Part shown: positions 1-4,208 of the stretch, piece by piece
How the letters are laid out: each line of letters opens with the position of its first letter
Numbering within the stretch: position 1 is the first letter of the stretch
DNA from: a virus
Taxonomy: Duplodnaviria; Heunggongvirae; Uroviricota; Caudoviricetes
IMG/VR virus record: IMGVR_UViG_2690316348_000006
Reading direction: 5' to 3' (one strand)
Length of the DNA: 4,208 bases
The notes under the pieces: model-generated
What the model saw: only the letters and a program-made list of their open reading frames with translations
What the model was told of the DNA's origin: nothing
Databases searched by the model: none
Position numbers and translations under genes: made by a program

Positions 1-162
1 GTTGGGTTTTTCTGCTCATTATTAGCTCCTTCTGATGCCATTCTATTTCAGGAAGGAGTGTCCGTTAAACTCAGGCTACCTCAATCTAAATACTGATCTC
101 CCCCTCGCCAAAAACGAGCGTCTAAAAAATTCGAGCCGGAGGCTATTGAGCTGCCCGATTGG

Positions 163-432
163 TTGCCGGAAACACTCTGGCATGAGTGGGTCCGGTTCAG
201 ACAGGCATTGCGAAAACCGATTCGAACGGAGCAGGGCGCTAACGGGGCGATACGGGAACTGGAAAAATTCCGTCAGCAGGGTTTTACACCTGAGCAGGTG
301 ATTCGACACAGCATCGCCAATGAATACCAGGGCCTGTTCGCGCCGAAAGGTGTTCGGCCTGAGACGTTGCTCCGACAGGTTAACACCGTCTCGTTGCCGG
401 ACAGTGCGATCCCGCCAGGCTTCAGGGGGTAA
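163..432 (+). CDS. Replication initiation protein fragment (O-like / DnaT-like C-terminal domain), probably a 5'-truncated remnant. Frame is open from 97 to 432 but has no ATG; candidate starts are only CTG 151 or TTG 163.
   Basis: Frame-1 ORF ends at TAA 430-432, 6 nt before the DnaC-like start, the usual initiator-loader arrangement. The translation (LPDWLPETLWHEWVRFRQALRKPIRTEQG...FTPEQVIRHSIANEYQGLF) resembles, from memory, the conserved C-terminal domain of phage replication initiators. All three + frames carry stops within the first 96 nt (23-25, 33-35, 94-96), so no long gene enters from upstream. Confidence 0.45.
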   Translation: MPETLWHEWVRFRQALRKPIRTEQGANGAIRELEKFRQQGFTPEQVIRHSIANEYQGLFAPKGVRPETLLRQVNTVSLPDSAIPPGFRG

Positions 433-438
433 CGGACC

Positions 439-1185
439 ATGAAAAATATTGCGACAGGCGGCGTTCTGGAACGCATCCGCCGACTGACCCCGCCACATGT
501 AACCGCCCCATTCAGAACGGTAGCGGAGTGGCGCGAGTGGCAACTTGCTGAAGGCCAGAAACGTAGCGAGGAGATCAACCGCCTGAATCGCCAGTTGCGG
601 GTGGAAAAAATTCTGAATCGCTCAGGCATCCAGCCGTTGCACCGTAAATGCTCGTTTGCGAATTACCAGGTGCAGAACGACGGCCAGCGATACGCGTTAA
701 GCCAGGCGAAATCCATCGCCGATGAACTGATGACCGGGTGTACAAATTTTGCGTTCAGCGGAAAACCTGGTACCGGGAAGAACCACTTAGCGGCAGCTAT
801 CGGGAATCGCCTGCTGAAAGACGGTCAGACAGTGATTGTGGTTACCGTGGCTGATGTTATGAGCGCCCTGCACGCCAGCTATGACGACGGGCAGTCAGGC
901 GAAAAATTTTTGCGGGAGCTGTGCGAAGTGGATCTGCTGGTTCTTGATGAAATTGGCATTCAGCGCGAGACGAAAAACGAGCAGGTGGTGCTGCACCAGA
1001 TTGTTGATCGCCGGACAGCGTCGATGCGCAGCGTGGGGATGCTGACAAACCTGAACTATGAGGTGATGAAAACATTGCTCGGCGAGCGGGTGATGGATCG
1101 CATGGTCATGAACGGCGGGCGCTGGGTGAATTTTAACTGGGAGAGCTGGCGTCCGAATGTTAGCCATTCGAGGGTTGTTAAGTAG
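439..1185 (+). CDS. DnaC-family replicative helicase loader (phage replication protein, lambda P functional analog)
   Basis: 248-aa ORF with strong similarity, recalled from memory, to E. coli DnaC along its length. Walker A is FSGKPGTGKNHLAAAIG (about nt 754-804) and Walker B is LLVLDEIG; the C-terminal GERVMDRM motif is present. G-rich stretch upstream of the ATG; sits directly after the initiator fragment. Confidence 0.92.
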   Translation: MKNIATGGVLERIRRLTPPHVTAPFRTVAEWREWQLAEGQKRSEEINRLNRQLRVEKILNRSGIQPLHRKCSFANYQVQNDGQRYALSQAKSIADELMTGCTNFAFSGKPGTGKNHLAAAIGNRLLKDGQTVIVVTVADVMSALHASYDDGQSGEKFLRELCEVDLLVLDEIGIQRETKNEQVVLHQIVDRRTASMRSVGMLTNLNYEVMKTLLGERVMDRMVMNGGRWVNFNWESWRPNVSHSRVVK

Positions 1186-1199
1186 TTTCAGGAGGATTT

Positions 1200-1622
1200 A
1201 TGGCGAAACCTTTTACTCCCGAACAGCGGGAAGAACTGAAGACGCGAATTGTGGAACTCGTGCATCAGGACGGTCGGGTCACGATTCGGCAGTTGTCAGA
1301 TGAAACAGGTATCAGTCGTGCGTCTGTCGGTCGCTTATGCATAGAACTGGTCGCAAGTGGTGATGTATATAATTCTGGCTACGGCTTATTCCCGTCTGAA
1401 CAGGCTCGCAAGGACTGGCAAAGCGCCCGCAAAAAACTCTCGAGAGTAAAGGTGAGGAAACCGGTTGTTGTTGATCCGGACCTTATCTGGTCATTACCTG
1501 ACGGAGAAATACGCCGCTACGACAGGCGCCTGAATATAATCTGTCGCGAGTGCCGGAAGAGCGAAGCTATGCAGCGTGTACTGGCTTTCTATCAGGGTAA
1601 TTTTCAGGAGGCGATACTGTGA
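1200..1622 (+). CDS. Winged helix-turn-helix DNA-binding protein, function unknown
   Basis: 140-aa ORF with a strong SD (AGGAGG, 1189-1194) 5 nt upstream of the ATG. The N-terminus (RIVELVHQDGRVTIRQLSDETGISRASVGRLCIELVASGDV) has the pattern of a winged HTH. Stop TGA 1620-1622 abuts ATG 1623. Confidence 0.75.
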   Translation: MAKPFTPEQREELKTRIVELVHQDGRVTIRQLSDETGISRASVGRLCIELVASGDVYNSGYGLFPSEQARKDWQSARKKLSRVKVRKPVVVDPDLIWSLPDGEIRRYDRRLNIICRECRKSEAMQRVLAFYQGNFQEAIL

Positions 1623-1679
1623 ATGAAATTAGCTATCAGGCTTCAATTACCGCTGGCATTCGCATCAAAGGAGAGGAGC

Positions 1680-2036
1680 ATGGAAATAAAACCAGAAGAT
1701 GAGTTAAGCAATATTGTTTTATTTCCGGTAAAAGAGGATAACCCTCGTAATCAGGTTAATTTTCTTTATGAGCCATCGGAAAGACCATATTGCCATCACG
1801 CCTCTGTACGGGTTGACGAAAAAGAGCGTCAGGTCCGCTGTAAAATCTGCGGTGCGGTTGTGGAGCCGTTTGACTGGATGCTCTCTGTGGCAAAAAGAGA
1901 AACCAGACTGGCAGATGATGTAAGGCTATTGCGCCAGGAGGAACAGGAAAGGCGGAGAAATATAGAAAAGCTGATACAGATTGAGCGTAACGCGAAAGCG
2001 CGGATACGCAGGGCGACAAAATCCAGAACTGAATAA
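1680..2036 (+). CDS. Zn-ribbon plus coiled-coil protein, function unknown (alternative start ATG 1623 would add 19 aa)
   Basis: Open frame 1623-2036. ATG 1680 has a near-ideal SD (AGGAG, 1669-1673, 6-nt spacing). The protein has a C-x-HH ... C-x-x-C arrangement (PYCHHASV ... RCKICGAV) followed by a charged helical tail (RLLRQEEQERRRNIEKLIQIERNAKARIRR). Confidence 0.65.
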   Translation: MEIKPEDELSNIVLFPVKEDNPRNQVNFLYEPSERPYCHHASVRVDEKERQVRCKICGAVVEPFDWMLSVAKRETRLADDVRLLRQEEQERRRNIEKLIQIERNAKARIRRATKSRTE

Positions 2037-2183
2037 TTAAATTTAGCACTGTTAAAAATTTAATCCTTAACCGGAGGGATTTCTGCACCCTCAAATCATC
2101 AGGAGACCACCCGAAAGGGCGGGGAGCAGTCACACATCTGTTTCCGATAGCCCCGTTCTAATGCTACACTCTTTGATATTTTT

Positions 2184-2870
2184 ATGACCCCAATAAACAT
2201 ATTTATGACAGTTGCTGATTTCAAACGGCCCAAATTGGAGCTCCCAAACGGGGCAAACAAACTACTACTGCACTCTTGCTGTGCTCCATGTTCCGGTGAG
2301 GTGATGGAGGCGCTTCAGGCCTCGGGAATCGACTACACCATCTTTTTCTACAACCCGAACATTCATCCTCAGAAAGAGTATTTAATTCGTAAGGATGAGA
2401 ATATTCGCTTTGCTGAACAACACGGCGTGCCGTTTATTGATGCTGATTACGACACAGACAACTGGTTTGAACGAGCCAAAGGAATGGAATGGGAGCCCGA
2501 ACGAGGGATCCGTTGCACCATGTGTTTTGACATGCGTTTTGAGCGGACAGCGCTGTACGCCGCTGAAAATGGTTTCAGTGTGATCAGCAGTTCACTGGGC
2601 ATTTCACGCTGGAAAAATATGCAGCAGGTTAACGACTGTGGGCGGCGAGCCGTCGCGCATTATCCGGGCATGGTGTACTGGGATTATAACTGGCGCAAGC
2701 AGGGCGGCTCGTCCCGTATGATTGAAATCAGCAAGCGCGAAAAATTCTATCAGCAGGAATATTGTGGCTGTGTGTATTCTCTGCGCGATACCAATCTACA
2801 CCGCAAATCTCAGGGACGCCCTCTTATCAAAATTGGTCAACTCCACTACGGTAAAGAAGAGAAGGAGTGA
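2184..2870 (+). CDS. queH: QueH-like epoxyqueuosine reductase homolog (DUF208 family); alternative start ATG 2205
   Basis: 228-aa ORF with the N-terminal [11 protein letters not shown] motif (C32, C33, C36; nt 2277-2291) characteristic of QueH/DUF208 as recalled from memory, plus a later CxxC (C111, C114) and a CGC motif near the C-terminus. No obvious SD before either ATG. Preceded by a 147-nt intergenic gap after the replication-module operon. Confidence 0.8.
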   Translation: MTPINIFMTVADFKRPKLELPNGANKLLLHSCCAPCSGEVMEALQASGIDYTIFFYNPNIHPQKEYLIRKDENIRFAEQHGVPFIDADYDTDNWFERAKGMEWEPERGIRCTMCFDMRFERTALYAAENGFSVISSSLGISRWKNMQQVNDCGRRAVAHYPGMVYWDYNWRKQGGSSRMIEISKREKFYQQEYCGCVYSLRDTNLHRKSQGRPLIKIGQLHYGKEEKE

Positions 2871-2891
2871 TTTTATGGGGCACCTTTCTGA

Positions 2892-2921
2892 TTGATTTCA
2901 TATTGGCGAGGTAAGTAGAAT
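2892..2921 (+). promoter_or_regulatory. Putative sigma70 promoter of the hok/mok mRNA (-35 TTGATT 2892-2897, 18-nt spacer, -10 TAGAAT 2916-2921)
   Basis: Hexamers read directly from the sequence. The predicted start site (about 2927-2929) coincides with the 5' edge of the fold-back element at 2926-2939. Confidence 0.4.
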
Positions 2922-2925
2922 GACT

Positions 2926-2939
2926 GCGGGTGCTTGAGG
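2926..2939 (+). promoter_or_regulatory. hok mRNA 5' element (tac/fbi-like) complementary to the 3' end of the transcript
   Basis: GCGGGTGCTTGAGG (2926-2939) is complementary to CCTCAACGCACCCGC (3310-3324) with one bulged nucleotide, giving 14 bp. Next to it is a hairpin CTATCTGC(2940-2947)/GCAGATAG(2969-2976), analogous to the 5' hairpin of plasmid R1 hok mRNA as I recall it. Confidence 0.5.
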
Positions 2940-2976
2940 CTATCTGCTTCAGGCATGAACACCAAAAGGCAGATAG

Positions 2977-3047
2977 AGAAAAGCCCCAGTTAACATTACG
3001 CGTCCGGCAAGACGCTTAACATTAATCTGAGGCCAATTTCATGCTTT
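2977..3047 (-). ncRNA. sok: Sok-like antisense RNA (approximate boundaries)
   Basis: Minus-strand promoter candidate: -35 TTGCCT (complement of + 3079-3084), 17-bp spacer, -10 TAACCT (complement of + 3056-3061), start about 3047. The transcript would cover the mok SD (GAGG 3029-3032) and mok ATG (3041), contain a GCGTC/GACGC hairpin (3000-3015) and end in a U-rich tail (complement of AGAGAAAAG 2974-2982). Position matches the hok/sok paradigm; boundaries are inferred, not measured. Confidence 0.35.
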
Positions 3048-3253
3048 GCACATGTAGGTTAGCCTCTTACATGCCGAAAGGCAAGGAGAAGCAGGCTATG
3101 AAGCAGCAAAAGGCGATGTTAATCGCCCTGATCGTCATCTGTTTAACCGTCATAGTGACGGCACTGGTAACGAGGAAAGACCTCTGTGAGGTACGAATCC
3201 GAACCGGCCAGACGGAGGTCGCTGTCTTCGTAGACTACGAATCCAGGAAGTAA
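3041..3253 (+). CDS. mok: mok-like upstream reading frame, in frame with hok and starting 57 nt upstream (modulation of killing)
   Basis: ATG 3041 is preceded by GAGG (3029-3032) and shares the hok stop. The 57-nt in-frame extension mirrors how chromosomal mok/hok pairs are annotated in E. coli K-12, as I recall. Whether it is translated cannot be told from sequence. Confidence 0.4.
   Translation: MLCTCRLASYMPKGKEKQAMKQQKAMLIALIVICLTVIVTALVTRKDLCEVRIRTGQTEVAVFVDYESRK
3098..3253 (+). CDS. hok: Hok/Gef-family membrane toxin (type I toxin), 51 aa, closest to HokD/RelF-type
   Basis: Translation MKQQKAMLIALIVICLTVIVTALVTRKDLCEVRIRTGQTEVAVFVDYESRK matches, from memory, E. coli HokD almost exactly except for the last ~7 residues. 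SD AAGGAGAAG (3082-3090) sits 7 nt before the ATG. Has the single transmembrane helix and conserved Cys typical of Hok. Confidence 0.9.
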   Translation: MKQQKAMLIALIVICLTVIVTALVTRKDLCEVRIRTGQTEVAVFVDYESRK

Positions 3254-3309
3254 GAGTGACCGGGCGGGGAGCTGATCCCATCCCCGCCCACCTCTGATGT
3301 GTCAGGCAT

Positions 3310-3324
3310 CCTCAACGCACCCGC
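3310..3324 (+). promoter_or_regulatory. hok mRNA 3' fold-back-inhibition (fbi-like) element pairing with 2926-2939
   Basis: CCTCAACGCACCCGC is the reverse complement of the 5' element apart from one bulge. It lies between the hok stop and the terminator. CCCGC-type motifs recur at 3283-3290 and 3331-3338. Confidence 0.5.
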
Positions 3325-3330
3325 ACTTAA

Positions 3331-3376
3331 CCCGCCCATCGCTGTGATCTCTCAGCGTTTCGGCGGGTTTTTTGTT
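3331..3376 (+). terminator. Rho-independent terminator of the hok transcript
   Basis: Two-tier stem: CCCGCC (3331-3336) pairs with GGCGGG (3362-3367), and an inner CGCTG (3340-3344) pairs with CAGCG (3353-3357). Followed by TTTTTTGTTGTTT (3368-3380). Confidence 0.6.
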
Positions 3377-3393
3377 GTTTATTTCCGGTGAAT

Positions 3394-3421
3394 TTGATTC
3401 GCGCACCTTCGCAGATAGAAT
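3394..3421 (+). promoter_or_regulatory. Putative sigma70 promoter for the downstream ORFs (-35 TTGATT 3394-3399, 16-nt spacer, -10 TAGAAT 3416-3421)
   Basis: Hexamers read directly from the sequence. Lies just after the hok terminator and about 80 nt upstream of ATG 3503. The hexamers and the following GACT resemble the hok promoter at 2892-2925. Confidence 0.3.
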
Positions 3422-3502
3422 CGACTCACTTAAGTAGCGCGCAGGGAGAAGAGGGATGGACCCCGAACAGGGGAGAGCTATTTATCTGGAAGGATTCTGA
3501 AG

Positions 3503-3790
3503 ATGAAAATCGAAGAATTGCGTGAAATTTTTAGTGAAAATGGCCTCTATGCTGTGCGCGTTGAGAATGGAGCGATTGTCAGCCATTGCCGCATTAGATG
3601 TTTGCAATCTCAACAAAGGAAGAGCGGTGCTGTGTTATTTTATTTTTGTAATGGACTTCTGACGGACGGTTTTATTTTGCGTGAGGACGAATTTGTCACA
3701 TCATTACGGGTTTTGAAAGAGATTGGTTTTAAGGCTGGTTTTCTGCTTTTGCTGAAGAATAAACTCATCTACAATCTTGAGCAGGATTGA
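3503..3790 (+). CDS. Hypothetical protein, 95 aa, AT-rich orphan ORF
   Basis: ATG 3503 is preceded by GGAAGGA (3488-3494). Base composition is visibly more AT-rich than neighbouring genes. The C-terminal half is hydrophobic (GFKAGFLLLLKNKLIY). No family recognised. Confidence 0.5.
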   Translation: MKIEELREIFSENGLYAVRVENGAIVSHCRIRCLQSQQRKSGAVLFYFCNGLLTDGFILREDEFVTSLRVLKEIGFKAGFLLLLKNKLIYNLEQD

Positions 3791-3828
3791 ACTCCTGCTG
3801 TGTAACACCGTGCCACCGGAGAAAGCCG

Positions 3829-4182
3829 ATGGCACATATACAACTGGTCAAACAAACCTCTTCCGGATTACTTCTCCCGGCGACGCCGGAGAGTTGCGAT
3901 TTTCTGCATCAAATCAAAATAGGTGAGTGGATACACGCAGACTTTAAGCGTGTGTGTAACTACGCATTCCACAAGCGTTTTTTCAAACTCCTGCAACTGG
4001 GTTTCGATTACTGGACTCCGGTCGGTGGGGCGATCACGCCTCGCGAACGAAAACTGGTGTCCGGTTTCGTTGATTACCTGTGTGAATCAGTAGGCCGGGA
4101 ACATACGCCAGCTCTGAGCGAAGCCGCAGAGCAATTGAGGTGTACTGGCAATAGCGGACACTACCATTTGTTCTTTTTTTAA
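3829..4182 (+). CDS. Conserved lambdoid nin-region protein, probably YbcN/DUF1367-like, apparently C-terminally short (117 aa)
   Basis: ATG 3829 is preceded by GGAGAAA (3817-3823); the ORF-track start at 3787 is a TTG and is less likely. The motif block HADFKRVCNYAFHKRFFKLLQLGFDYWTPVGGAITPRERKLV resembles, from memory, the N-terminal region of YbcN-like proteins. The ORF ends in an atypical tail (RCTGNSGHYHLFFF) 26 nt before the window edge. Confidence 0.55.
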   Translation: MAHIQLVKQTSSGLLLPATPESCDFLHQIKIGEWIHADFKRVCNYAFHKRFFKLLQLGFDYWTPVGGAITPRERKLVSGFVDYLCESVGREHTPALSEAAEQLRCTGNSGHYHLFFF

Positions 4183-4208
4183 GCAGCCATCTGATGATAT
4201 TTTTCCCT

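Noticed and set aside
35-301. + strand 88-aa ORF (MPFYFRKECPLNSGY...)
   Set aside because: It is out of frame with, and overlaps, the conserved initiator C-terminal domain in frame 1. It has low-complexity, Ser/Arg/Gly-rich content and no SD; most likely a chance ORF.
76-629. Minus-strand ORFs 76-543 (155 aa) and 273-629 (118 aa)
   Set aside because: Both are antisense to the initiator fragment and the start of the DnaC-like gene. They are Arg/Ser-rich, typical of spurious antisense frames in GC-rich coding DNA, with no recognisable motifs.
857-1167. Minus-strand ORFs 857-1075 and 895-1167
   Set aside because: They lie entirely inside the well-supported DnaC-family gene on the opposite strand, with shadow-ORF composition rich in Ala/Pro/His/Arg.
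1623-1679. Upstream ATG 1623 as the start of the Zn-ribbon gene (overlapping the HTH stop, TGAATG)
   Set aside because: ATG 1680 has a much better-placed SD (AGGAG 6 nt upstream), and the extra 19 residues (MKLAIRLQLPLAFASKERS) look like non-coding read-through. Not excluded; only ribosome profiling or N-terminal proteomics would settle it.
1756-2133. Minus-strand 125-aa ORF antisense to the Zn-ribbon gene
   Set aside because: It overlaps a + strand gene that has a strong SD, and shows no motifs or convincing translation signals. Treated as a shadow ORF, though an antisense transcript from the 2037-2183 region cannot be excluded.
2395-2583. + strand 62-aa ORF in an alternate frame inside queH
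   Set aside because: It is nested within the conserved QueH-like reading frame; the frame with the CCAPC motif is the real one.
3262-3289. GC-rich hairpin GGGCGGGGA/TCCCCGCCC immediately after the hok stop, considered as a terminator
   Set aside because: No U-run follows it. It is more likely part of the structured 3' region of the hok mRNA, upstream of the fbi element and the true terminator at 3331-3376.
1-4208. Search for CRISPR repeats, tRNA/rRNA genes, IS-element terminal inverted repeats or integrase/att sites
   Set aside because: No regularly spaced direct repeats, no tRNA-like cloverleaf candidates, and no transposase or integrase ORFs were seen in any frame.

Overview
This 4.2 kb window reads as the early-right (replication to nin) segment of a lambdoid enterobacterial prophage, with every supported gene on the + strand. 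In order: a 5'-truncated replication-initiator fragment with no ATG start (163-432); a DnaC-family helicase loader (439-1185); a winged-HTH protein (1200-1622) and a Zn-ribbon/coiled-coil protein (1680-2036) of unknown function; a QueH-like (DUF208) epoxyqueuosine reductase homolog in a moron-like position (2184-2870); a complete hok/mok/sok type I toxin-antitoxin locus (about 2892-3376) with recognisable promoter, 5'/3' fold-back complementarity, antisense Sok promoter and terminator; an AT-rich 95-aa orphan ORF (3503-3790); and a YbcN/DUF1367-like ORF that appears C-terminally short (3829-4182). No tRNA, rRNA, CRISPR array or IS element was seen. The most interesting candidates are the prophage-borne QueH homolog, the uncharacterised HTH plus Zn-ribbon pair coupled to the replication genes, and the AT-rich orphan ORF. 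All family assignments come from reading the translated ORFs and from memory of known families; no database search was run.
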